A DNA stretch of 61,267 nucleotides, the filler included, from Globobulimina sp. (taxonomy: Eukaryota): NCBI GenBank assembly GCA_003354225.1. It is 22 parts of 22 records of this genome, joined end to end, with 100 filler letters (N's around TTAATTAATTAA, not from the genome) between each part and the next. Parts side by side here need not be neighbours in the genome. Positions count along the whole stretch, not along the records: positions 8,375 to 11,065 come from PIVH01005328.1; positions 11,166 to 13,856 come from PIVH01005329.1; positions 13,957 to 16,646 come from PIVH01005330.1; positions 16,747 to 19,436 come from PIVH01005331.1; 18 more parts are not named here. The stretch is one strand, 5' to 3'. The position numbers and the translations under genes are program-made. Each line of letters opens with the position of its first letter. Position 1 is the first letter of the stretch. The notes under the pieces are model-generated. The model had not been told where the DNA came from and did no database searches. It was given only the letters and a program-made list of their open reading frames with translations. Shown here one piece after another: positions 8,917 to 19,536 of this stretch.

Positions 8917-11065
8917 ATGGGTAATTACCTTCGTGCGGAGGACACGAATCATGATAACAAATTTGACGATACACTATCAACGTATTCCAAACTGATTAAT
9001 ATGGGCTTTGGTGATGAAATAAGTTTAAAAGCAGCAAAAGTTTATCCACAAAATTTAAATGAAGCGATTAATTATATTCAAACACAAACTAAAATTCAAA
9101 ACGATGAAAATAAAATGCAGGATGACACAAAGGATGACACAAAGGAGGACACAAAGGATGACAATAAAACAATGCAAAACACCAAAGATCATATAGAAAA
9201 TGTCCCTATTTCAAGCAAATACAGCAAAAGAAAACCAATGCCAAATGTAGGTCCTATCGAAGAATGTGAGCATACTGCCCATCTCATTGAAATTTTAAAA
9301 ACATATGGCCATTATGCAAACAATTTAGAATCATTTTTATCTCAAAAACGCGCTATTTTAAATGATTTCAATTATTTCTTAGAAAAACACAATTCAAACA
9401 ACGATGCCATGCTGTGATTTTAAGCAATGTACTGCTGTGTTACGACAATATCGACAGATCAATGCCAATGCCACCAACACCAAAAGAAAGGATCCCAAAT
9501 ATATTGCATTGCAGGAGCTCTTTGACCGTATCCATTGTCATATGGCACATTGTTATGAATTAGGATCAAGGCTAACTGTGTCAGAAGAACAACAATTAAA
9601 TCATTTAGCTGCGCAAAATAAATCCACATTCGGCATGGATTTATGTAACACGTTATTGCATAAAAGGAAAAAAATGCATTTCATAACACAAAATAGTGAA
9701 AATACAGAGGAATCCAACAAATTTTGTTCCAATTTAGGACAATCAAAAGTTACTGAAACAATGTACTCGTTTGGTTTTAGATTTTTTTACTGGGATTTTC
9801 ATGCAAATTTCGTGCAGGATGCCGATGCCGAGTATATTTCGCCAGATGTTGGTAAATTGTTAGCCAAGCCACTTTATGTTGCTTCAAAATATCTCACTTT
9901 CAAACAAGAATTGATGGCCGCGTTAAGTACAGAGACATACCAAGAGTTATTGCAGAAAGCAAATGATATTTTAGAGAGTGACAGAGCTAAGAAAATATCT
10001 GCTTTCATTGATAACTATCTGGCAGACCATAAGACAGATTGGGCTCATATATCAACTTATGGCGTAAGAGACGGATCGCCCATAGCATTGCGTCATATTT
10101 TTGCACTCATTGTGTATACAGATATGGACGAGTTTCAACGTAGATTTTCAGAGACATTTCGCTTGAGAAAGAGCGAAACTTTGAGTGAGCTAAAACTCCG
10201 ACATTCTCATTTTCATTTTTTAGCGAGATATCTTCGCGAAGCAGTTGAATGTTTTGGTTCCATGGCTGTTTGGCGTGACACTTTAACATTTTATCATGGC
10301 ATAGACTGCACAATGCAATTTGAATCAGTATCTGTTAACATTAATGGACCTTTGTCCACTACGACAGCTTTAAATGTAGCCGTTAATTTTGCGACAGTCA
10401 AAGGTATCATCGTGGCAATGCGACCCAATTTTTCATTGAAATATTTTGATTGTTGCTGGATTGCAAGATATCCGCATGAAATGGAATGTTTTTATATTGG
10501 TGGAGCATTGCCACATTATTTTATGAATATCATAAATCTGAATGATGATTCTGAGTCTGGTATGGATACGAAACATTTTATTACTGCCATTAGGTTACTT
10601 GAAGAAATGTGCAATGGGAACAGTTTTGATTTGGAGAGAATAGCTGTTTGGCGATATATAAAAAAGAAAAGGTGTGATGAAGTTAACAAGCTTGGTTTAA
10701 AACCTTTAGATAATGGATTAAAAAATACAGTAATACAATTACTACGGCATGAATTACATCGAAATGGTGTAACGGCATATAATGCATCGGCAGCAAAATT
10801 AGGTGGGTACATTGATAATTTATTACATTCAGTTTGTAGCAAGAAACAGCAACTCAGAATTTCTATTAAATTATTTGATATTGAACAATATCAGAAACTT
10901 GATATGTTTAATGGTGGTTATATTGGCGCTAGGTGCAAAGGTGTTAACCCCAAAGAAGCTATTATTTTTGCCGCTTCAGCAGCTGCAATGATACTTAATA
11001 TAAGGGGTGGGGTATTACCAAAAAAACAATTAGCAGAACTGAAAGTGGCACTTAATAGAAAAATT
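8917..11065 (+). pseudogene. Myristoylated UBA-like plus ADP-ribosyltransferase-like protein; frameshifted at about 9405 and apparently chimeric at the 3' end
   Basis: MGN start, LINMGF..A..NLNEAINYI (UBA-like), then FYHG, PLSTT..VAVNFA..G and YPHEMEC in the second ORF. Confidence 0.65.
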
Positions 11066-11165
11066 NNNNNNNNNNNNNNNNNNNNNNNNNNNNNNNNNNN
11101 NNNNNNNNNTTAATTAATTAANNNNNNNNNNNNNNNNNNNNNNNNNNNNNNNNNNNNNNNNNNNN

Positions 11166-11315
11166 ATCAAAAAACTACGTCATTCTATGTCATCAATATG
11201 TGCTATAATATTATTAATACGCTGAGCACGAATTGAATCCTCATAAATGCGGCATGACGAAAGTATTGATAATAACATCATTTTTTTAAATTTATAAAAA
11301 ATATTATTATTTTCA
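11166..11315 (-). repeat. 150-bp inverted copy of 13497-13646 (PPR gene 3' end)
   Basis: The reverse complement matches 13497-13646 with two substitutions, TCA/TCG and CGC/CGT, both synonymous. Confidence 0.95.
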
Positions 11316-11373
11316 ATGTGTTGATTTTACAGTATCTCTTTACAGTTTTTTGCATGTTTTACTGTGAGCTAAC

Positions 11374-13632
11374 ATGGGACTGAAACCCTTGCGATTCTGC
11401 TTATTTAGATTCAGTAAAAGTTACAAATCAACCTCCAATTCTCTGGCTGGTATAAACGTAAAGGAAAGAGATACCATTTATAATATGAAGAATTTACACA
11501 AAAAAGCAATGGAGACTCATACACAAAATTCAATTCGTGATAGAAACAATATTGTTTTTAAAGTGGTTGAGATATACAATAATTTGGACGAAATGGATAA
11601 AACCAATTATATTATTAACACATTTTTAAAATTTTGCGTAGAAACAAATAATTTATCACAAATTCTTGAAATTTCCGATGACATTTTAAAGACAAAAGGT
11701 GTTTCATGGTTATTACTATTAAATTGTTGCAAAAAACTATTGAAAATTGATCTGAATGAAACTCTGAAACTTGTAAATCATATTAAAAAATCAGTAGATA
11801 CTGACTGCACAAACGACATAATCAAAGTTAAAAATTCATTAATTAATATCTACGGACAATGCAACAATGTGACGAATGCAATCCATATATTCGATAACAT
11901 ACCAAATCATCAAAAAGATGTTTTTACCATAAGTTCAATGATGAAATGTTATATTCACAATGATTTGAATGAAAACGCAATTTTGTTGTATCAAGAATGT
12001 AACATTTTGCATAACGATACATCACACATTTTATACTTGAAAGCATGCGCAAATATCGGAGCTTATGATAAAAGTTTGAAACTAATTAACTCATTCCACG
12101 ACATACACTGCCAAAGCATTGAATTTCTCAACACTTTGATTGATGTTTATGGCCAAATTGGGGATGTTACCAAAGCACTGCATTTATTTGAAAACATAGC
12201 AAATAACAAAAAAGATGTTGTGACCATTGGTTCCATTATGAAATGTTTGATCAATAACAATGAGAATAGAAAAGCAATCTGTTTGTATGAAGAATATAAC
12301 GGTTTGCATAATGACACAACCAATGTATTATTCATTAAAGCGTGCATTCACATATCTGATTATAACAAATGTCACAAATTAATCAAATCAAAATTCCGCA
12401 ATATATCAGTACGTCACCGCAGCATTGAGTTCATCACGAAACTGATTGACTTTTATGGCAAAATTGGTGATATTCCTAATGCATTGCACATATTTCAGAA
12501 GATTACAAATCATAAAAAGGATATTGTTTGCATCAATGCGATGATTAAATCGTATATCGACAATGATGAGAGTATAAAAGCTATTGCATTGTATGAAGAA
12601 TATGAGAATGAATGTATCCATGATGACACATCACACCTTTTATTCATTAAAGCTTGTTTGAATATATGTGATTATAACAAATGTCGAACATTGATCAACC
12701 GAAAAGTGCATAACCTGCAGAATAGCATTGAACTGCAAACAACTTTGATAGATTTTTATGGCAAAATTGGAGATATTGAGAATGCATTGAAGATATTTAA
12801 TAATGTATCCAATGAAAAAAAAGATATTTATGTTTTTGGCGCAATGATGAATGCTTTCAGCAACAATGACGAATATAAGAAAGCTTTGCATTTATTCAAT
12901 CAAATAAAACAAATTAAGAACATTTGTCTGAATGCAATTTGTTACATAATAGCTCTACATTGTTGTGGAAATATTGTGTCTTTGCATCACGGCGCAATGA
13001 TTATCGATGAGTTAAATGATAAACCAAATGTTAGTATTTTGCAGGATTTACAAGTTCAATCTGCAATTATTTGCATGTACGCAAAATGCGGAGAATTTGA
13101 GAAAGCAATAGATGTTTTTAATAATATTAATATTGATATAGATATTAATAAGAATAAACAGCAAATCAATGGTGTTTTATTTATATTCGCCGCTATCATT
13201 GATTGTTATGCTAAAATGGGAGATATTAACCAAGTTTTAGTGTTGTTTAATAAATTGAAAAATGATAAAGGCTTAAAAGGTATTAATATTTCAAGTGGTA
13301 TTTATTGCATTGTTTTGAATGGATGCTCTCAAACCGGATTGGTGGAGGAAGCATTGTCAATTTTTGAAGATCTCAAAGAAAATAATAACAACACTTTACA
13401 TGGAATGCACCCACATGTTGTTACTGCAATTATTGATTGTTTAGCAAGAAAAAATATGATGGATAAAGCAGAAAATATTTATTATGAATTCTGTCATGAA
13501 AATAATAATATTTTTTATAAATTTAAAAAAATGATGTTATTATCGATACTTTCGTCATGCCGTATTTATGAGGATTCAATTCGTGCTCAGCGTATTAATA
13601 ATATTATAGCACATATTGATGACATAGAATGA
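11374..13632 (+). CDS. Pentatricopeptide repeat protein, PLS-like, ending in L2-S2-E1-like motifs; putative mitochondrial transit peptide
   Basis: Repeating triplets LIDFYGKIGD..AL.IF....KD / ..MIK.Y..N....A..LY.E / D....L..KAC. C-terminal VLNGCSQTGLVEEA, IIDCLARK and LLSILSSCRIY. Arg/Ser/Leu-rich N-terminus. Confidence 0.92.
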   Translation: MGLKPLRFCLFRFSKSYKSTSNSLAGINVKERDTIYNMKNLHKKAMETHTQNSIRDRNNIVFKVVEIYNNLDEMDKTNYIINTFLKFCVETNNLSQILEISDDILKTKGVSWLLLLNCCKKLLKIDLNETLKLVNHIKKSVDTDCTNDIIKVKNSLINIYGQCNNVTNAIHIFDNIPNHQKDVFTISSMMKCYIHNDLNENAILLYQECNILHNDTSHILYLKACANIGAYDKSLKLINSFHDIHCQSIEFLNTLIDVYGQIGDVTKALHLFENIANNKKDVVTIGSIMKCLINNNENRKAICLYEEYNGLHNDTTNVLFIKACIHISDYNKCHKLIKSKFRNISVRHRSIEFITKLIDFYGKIGDIPNALHIFQKITNHKKDIVCINAMIKSYIDNDESIKAIALYEEYENECIHDDTSHLLFIKACLNICDYNKCRTLINRKVHNLQNSIELQTTLIDFYGKIGDIENALKIFNNVSNEKKDIYVFGAMMNAFSNNDEYKKALHLFNQIKQIKNICLNAICYIIALHCCGNIVSLHHGAMIIDELNDKPNVSILQDLQVQSAIICMYAKCGEFEKAIDVFNNINIDIDINKNKQQINGVLFIFAAIIDCYAKMGDINQVLVLFNKLKNDKGLKGINISSGIYCIVLNGCSQTGLVEEALSIFEDLKENNNNTLHGMHPHVVTAIIDCLARKNMMDKAENIYYEFCHENNNIFYKFKKMMLLSILSSCRIYEDSIRAQRINNIIAHIDDIE

Positions 13633-14186
13633 CGTAGTTTTTTGATTAAAGAAATGTGTTTGTGCAGTGCTATGAATTTATAATCTTCGCAGATTGCAAC
13701 TTTACCGATGGGATTCTGGAGACATTTGTTTCTCGTGTCATCCTCGCGCAGGTGGCAATATTCGACCGTGTGAAGTTTAAATACTGATGGCGAATGATTG
13801 CTAATTGAAAACTAAAACCAATATCTCTCTCACCGACGAGTCCACAGTGATTCTGTNNNNNNNNNNNNNNNNNNNNNNNNNNNNNNNNNNNNNNNNNNNN
13901 TTAATTAATTAANNNNNNNNNNNNNNNNNNNNNNNNNNNNNNNNNNNNNNNNNNNNATAAAATAGCGATTAAATGTAACCATTTACCGGCTTTTTTCTCT
14001 TCTGCTGTGATTTTGGAACGATTGCGGAATTCATAAAATAAAATGATTGAACAAGCCGTAAATCCAACAGTTTGCAAAGCTACACAGCTAATTTGTCCAT
14101 TTTTGAAAAATGCTTCCGACATTATTTATTTCAGTGAAAACTTTTGTTTAATTTTTTATTTATTCGAAAATAAAAGATTGTGAGTG

Positions 14187-15229
14187 ATGCTTTCTTTCCT
14201 TTGTTGTTGCAGAAAGAGACACATAAAAATTGCGATGATTGGACTCGATGGTGCAGGCAAAACCAGTTTAACATACCTTATGAAGAATGGTATTTTACAT
14301 TCATAAATATTTGACACAGTTAATTATTGAAAATATTAACATTTTTACAGAAATCCCGTTATTCGTACTACCAACATATGGATTTACGAACCATATTATT
14401 CCAATAAAATTTAAAAATTACGAAATATCGTTATTTGATTTGGGAGGCTCGGTAACAATTCGAGGGTATTGGGATAATTATTATTCCGAGGTATTTACAT
14501 CATTTTTATATGCAATATACTTTCATTTCATTCTCGTTTTTGTACATTGATCGAGGAGAGGTTCATTGTGTCATATTTGTGATTGACGCATCTAATGCTG
14601 ACCGCTTTGAGCAAGTTAGAAAACAAATTGAATCGTTGACAAAAGAAAGAAATCTCCAAAATAAGCCAATCTTAATAATTTGTAATAAATGCGATTCGCC
14701 GAAATTTGTATCTTCAAAGATTGTATCAAGAAAAATTAACATGGAGTCCATAAAAGCTCCAAATAAAATCATTGAAACGAGTGCAGCCTTAAAAACTAAA
14801 TTAATTCTTGATAAGGGATTAATGTTTTTGGTGTTGACTGTGCATCAAAATTATGACGCAATAAACAAAAATATTCAATTTAATCATACAGAAACATTAA
14901 AAATTGAAAATAAAAGAATGACTTTGCAAAAGCAAAGAGTTCAAGAGTGGAAAGATGATGTCTCATCTTCTGAGTCATCGATTATTTCACCTGGGAAAAT
15001 GAGAAAATATGTTTAGTAATAATTTGTTTGCTCAAATATACATTTGCTATGTTTAAAAGTAATATTGTAATGAAAAAAGAAACAGACAGACGATGAATAC
15101 ATTGAAATAGAAAAGGATAAAATGGTCAAAATTAGAATTGTAAGAGCAAATGACATTGATCGACCTTCCTCTGCGCCATTGAAATATGTTAGAAAATATG
15201 CAGACGCAAAATATGAATTATCTTTTTGA
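14187..15229 (+). CDS. ARL13: ARL13-like ciliary Arf-family GTPase (spliced)
   Basis: Exon 1 is MLSFLCCCRKRHIKIAMIGLDGAGKTS. Introns 14290-14350, 14491-14560 and probably 15011-15085 keep the frame. PTYGF, DLGGS (no catalytic Gln), NKCD, post-G-domain coiled coil and N-terminal Cys cluster. Confidence 0.78.
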
Positions 15230-15357
15230 ATACATTTTTTATGTATATTAATTAAATGCAGTTTATTTAATAGAAGTTAAATAGTATCACTAATCAATCC
15301 CAACCTCTTTGGATTCGGCTTTTAACATTTAGTGAGTTGCTGAGTGTTTTTAACATA

Positions 15358-16533
15358 ATGCCAGCCCCAGTGCTTGTGTTGAATAGATGGACCCGTGAGG
15401 CAAATACAAGAGTTCCAGACGTGATTTTAGTCTGTATTTTATCGTACGCACGCTTTTGGTCCGTCATTATTCAAAATTCCAGCAAATATATTAATGCAGG
15501 ATTTTGTCCAGGAGACAATAATAAATCGACAGTGTCAATACCTCCTTTAACAACGCATAGAAATGATGCACAATTATCGGTTCACAAATGCGATGAAATG
15601 CGATGTATTAAACAAAATATGATAATTCATAATGAATGGTGTAATATAAAGTCGATATATAATTATATATTCAAAGAGAAACTATTTTATCCAGCACAGA
15701 GTACAAAGTTACTAATGACAGAGCCACCATGTAATCCAAAGAGAAATCGAGAGCGAATTACTGAAATAATGTTTGAATCATTTGAGTTAGAAAAATTTGG
15801 TTTGATTTGTGATGCTGTATTAGCTTTATACGGTGTTGCTAAATCAAATGGAATTGTTATTAATATCGGCTACGATTGTTTTGAAATTGTGGGTGTTTAT
15901 GAAGGGTCTCACTGTTCAAAAACATATATTCGGACACCAATTGGCGAAAAACACTGTAAATTATATTTACAAAATGAAATTGAAACAAGTTATAAACAGA
16001 AAAAAATAAAATTATCAACAAGCGAGGTTTACGGACTAATAAATGGAGTTTGTTTTATTGATAATGCACAACACACCGCTTCAGACTCAACAACGTATCA
16101 ATTACCAGATGGTAATAATATAAATATAAAATTAACAAATACACAAAAATACGAATTATTTGAACAATATTTTGAACCACATATGTTTGGAAGAGACAGT
16201 GCTGAAAACATAGCAGATTTATTGATAAAAAAAACGTTTTTTAGAATTGATGATTTTATTAATAGAGATAATATGGCTCAGAATACAATCATTGTTGGCA
16301 ATGCATGGAATGAGAATGGTTATGGATTTAATGATAGATTGTATGGTGAATTTATAAATCGATTGAATGAATCATACTCATTGTATAAAATTAATGCAGT
16401 TCCTGATCCAGGGAATGCAATTTGGAGAGGAGCACATATGTTTTGTGAGTCTGGGAATGATGAATATTTTATTTGTACAGATGATTATTATGAATGTGGA
16501 GCAAATATTATTCACAGAAAATGTGACAGATAA
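15358..16533 (+). CDS. Divergent actin-related protein with N-terminal extension
   Basis: LLMTEPPCNPKRNRERITEIMFESF, AVLALY, YQLPDGN, AIWRGA and YYECGANIIHRKC. Confidence 0.9.
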   Translation: MPAPVLVLNRWTREANTRVPDVILVCILSYARFWSVIIQNSSKYINAGFCPGDNNKSTVSIPPLTTHRNDAQLSVHKCDEMRCIKQNMIIHNEWCNIKSIYNYIFKEKLFYPAQSTKLLMTEPPCNPKRNRERITEIMFESFELEKFGLICDAVLALYGVAKSNGIVINIGYDCFEIVGVYEGSHCSKTYIRTPIGEKHCKLYLQNEIETSYKQKKIKLSTSEVYGLINGVCFIDNAQHTASDSTTYQLPDGNNINIKLTNTQKYELFEQYFEPHMFGRDSAENIADLLIKKTFFRIDDFINRDNMAQNTIIVGNAWNENGYGFNDRLYGEFINRLNESYSLYKINAVPDPGNAIWRGAHMFCESGNDEYFICTDDYYECGANIIHRKCDR

Positions 16534-16746
16534 CGAAAATTCCGATGTACACAGCTTGAAATCCGAAAATCACAAAATTGTCCGAAAAACGTAAATTCTT
16601 TTTGAGCAAAGAATGAAACTCATCATACAAATCAGCGTCAACATAANNNNNNNNNNNNNNNNNNNNNNNNNNNNNNNNNNNNNNNNNNNNTTAATTAATT
16701 AANNNNNNNNNNNNNNNNNNNNNNNNNNNNNNNNNNNNNNNNNNNN

Positions 16747-17425
16747 TTGTTAATAATACATTTTGCAAACATTCATCATATTTTTGCGTTGAATATGACG
16801 AATCTGATTTATATTCATTTGGTGTATTTAATCGTGACTCATCATTGCAATCCACAGACTTGCTTTTTTTATTTTTGTTTTTATTTTTATTTCTCACCAA
16901 TGACAGTGGCGAATTGTACAATTTGTCGGTCATATTAAAGCTGTCCCGACAATTTGTACCAAACTCAAATCGCGATGGAATAAATCTGAATAATTTGAAC
17001 ATTTAAATTTGGGTTTGTTAACAGTATGCAATACAAACACTGAATGACTGAAATACAAACCTATCTGAATTAGAATGAGATGAAATCGATGCATCTGAAT
17101 TCGAATCAAATCTATATATGCTATGATTAGTTATCGTATCTGGCACACTTTTACTTGACGATAATGCATTCATTTCATTCGTAACAACTGGTTCTTCTGT
17201 GTCTGAAGTAGTCGATGATTGCAAAATAATTGAATTTGTGTTCAGTTTACGTCGTTTTGGCATTGGTGGTTTAGATAATCGTACTCTATATCTGTTTGTC
17301 AATGGTGATGGTGATGCTTCTTGCGATGACATATAATCTGTGCTTTGAGATTCTTCTTCAAATTCTAATGGTTCTACACCCAAAAAATTCGAGTCTTGGT
17401 ATTTATTCATAAAATTATAAGTCAT
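16747..17425 (-). CDS. Low-complexity Ser-rich protein, N-terminal part, probably spliced and 3' truncated
   Basis: Two collinear ORFs with a basic NLS-like PKRRK; no recognisable domain. Confidence 0.4.
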
Positions 17426-17700
17426 AATGTTGATTGTTTGATCGAAGAAAAGAGTACGGTTTGAATGATGCAGTGAAGTCTGAAGTTTTAAACTTTTTTT
17501 GTAGAAGCTAGTGATATTAAATGGGTAATGCTAGCATCAATAACAGTGTTATGTAAATGTCAGAATGAGATGAGGTCCACAACGCCAGCTGATATTTATC
17601 AGCGAAGGATGCGTTGTTGCGGTTGTAATGTTAAGTAAATAGTATACGATTAGTATTAATTAAATAATAATTTCTACATTAAATGAATTAACAGTCATCC

Positions 17701-18312
17701 ATGGCTCATACTGCCGTTATGTTTCATTGTTCAAAATCAAATACATACCACAAGAATCCATATGATCTCTGTCGAGATTGTTCAAAAAGGAAAGCATTCG
17801 CAGCTGCAGTATTTTGCAAACATTGTCCCAAAATTAGAATACATAAAGTTCGATTAAATAATAAACACAACAATTTGCAATGCGATCAATGCAATAAAAT
17901 AATAAATTTTAAGCGCAAATCGAGTCAATATATTTATGAATGTGGTGTTTGTAATAATTGTGTTATTTGCATTCACTGTGCTAAGAATCCGGAGATTCTG
18001 CACCATAAACAACAGGAATATATCAATAAAGTGAATAATTTGAATTATAATAATTGCAATGAACTGATAATGACAACATTGCATGGATATGGCATGGAAG
18101 GGCCTTACACTCCCAATAGGAATATGGTGTGGTACTGTGATACTAAAACATGTCAATACACAAAACATGGATTGTATCGAAAGTATAGAATTCAAAATTG
18201 GCGCTCAAGCGATGTGTACATGTTCGATGCATTGGAGCCTCTTCTTAATAATGGATACCATCCGAACAATAACGTTGAAATCCGAACAATAACGTTTGAT
18301 GAGAAACGTTAG
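17701..18312 (+). CDS. Cys/His-rich putative zinc-binding protein
   Basis: Multiple CxxC pairs: YDLCRDC, CKHC, CDQC, CGVC, CIHC. Confidence 0.55.
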   Translation: MAHTAVMFHCSKSNTYHKNPYDLCRDCSKRKAFAAAVFCKHCPKIRIHKVRLNNKHNNLQCDQCNKIINFKRKSSQYIYECGVCNNCVICIHCAKNPEILHHKQQEYINKVNNLNYNNCNELIMTTLHGYGMEGPYTPNRNMVWYCDTKTCQYTKHGLYRKYRIQNWRSSDVYMFDALEPLLNNGYHPNNNVEIRTITFDEKR

Positions 18313-18600
18313 GGTTCACAAGTATTGAAACGTTTGATATTAAACGTTGAAATCCGAACAATATTCAACGTTTAGTCGCATATGTTTGCTATGCAGACTA
18401 CTAAAATGTTTAGGTCATCCCTTATATGTGTGTTAAATGAAACACGAGTACAGCATCACAAACATAAGTTGATGGTAAGAAATGTATACAGCTAAAAATA
18501 ACAAAAACACAACACGCACACAACACAAAACAAGAACTATATTAATAATATTAAATATTTACAAAACACGACAAAACACTCACTCGATCATAAATACATT

Positions 18601-19400
18601 TTAATTTTTGTTGGTTTCCTTGATTCTTAATCCAAACTTAATTGTAACACAAGACATTTTATGCAATAAATCATTCCGAAATGATGCAACATTCACAGGA
18701 ACATTTTGTTTGATGCCGAGTTTTGATACAACATTTTGCGAATAATTGGCTTCCTCCACAACAAAACTGAAAAATACATCGACAGTCACATCTGCGCTCA
18801 CAATCAAAATGCCAAAGCCTGTAAATTTAGGCAATCCATATAATGCTTTCGATATAATTGGACAAAATTCAATATTATTACCCAAACAAGGATACGTTTC
18901 ACGGCCACCATACAGAATTGGCAATCGTTTGAAATCAATCAAATCATCGTCAGAAATATGCAAAATATATTCCTCAATAAATTCTATTCCAACACCATAT
19001 TTCTGCTTAAATAATGCCATTAATTGCTTTAATTGATGTTGTAAATTTGTTGATAAACAGCTAAAATCTGATTCGATTACATACAACGCCTTGGATTTGC
19101 AATTCATTTTTTTATCAACCAAACAACAAAATAAATCAAACACATATTCTGAAATAATTTTATTTGCCATTACTGAGCTTGTTTTCTTTTGATAACGATT
19201 CAAAAACACAGCCAAACGTTGTTGTGTCTTCCTTCTTTGTTTCCCCATGGCAATGATAAAGAAATTGGCACCATTCCCGTCACCAAAAATGTTATCAAAC
19301 AGTCGCAATGCCATCATATTCAATGTGTTATTCGTGCCATAGATATGTGGAGAAACACGAATGTCCACAATATTCAAACCATTTGCTTTGGCAAACCATC
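18601..19400 (-). CDS. C-terminal part of a lineage-expanded hypothetical protein
   Basis: 258-aa ORF. MALRLFDNIF resembles the segment following the ART-like core of 9404-11065 (TAIRLLEEM). Confidence 0.5.
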
Positions 19401-19536
19401 TTATTTTTATTTTATTTTATTTTTATTTGCACTAAANNNNNNNNNNNNNNNNNNNNNNNNNNNNNNNNNNNNNNNNNNNNTTAATTAATTAANNNNNNNN
19501 NNNNNNNNNNNNNNNNNNNNNNNNNNNNNNNNNNNN

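Noticed and set aside
18261-18373. Cluster of six AACGTT palindromes and TCCGAACAATA repeats
   Set aside because: Explained by local 20-nt duplications at an ORF end; no further structure is supportable.
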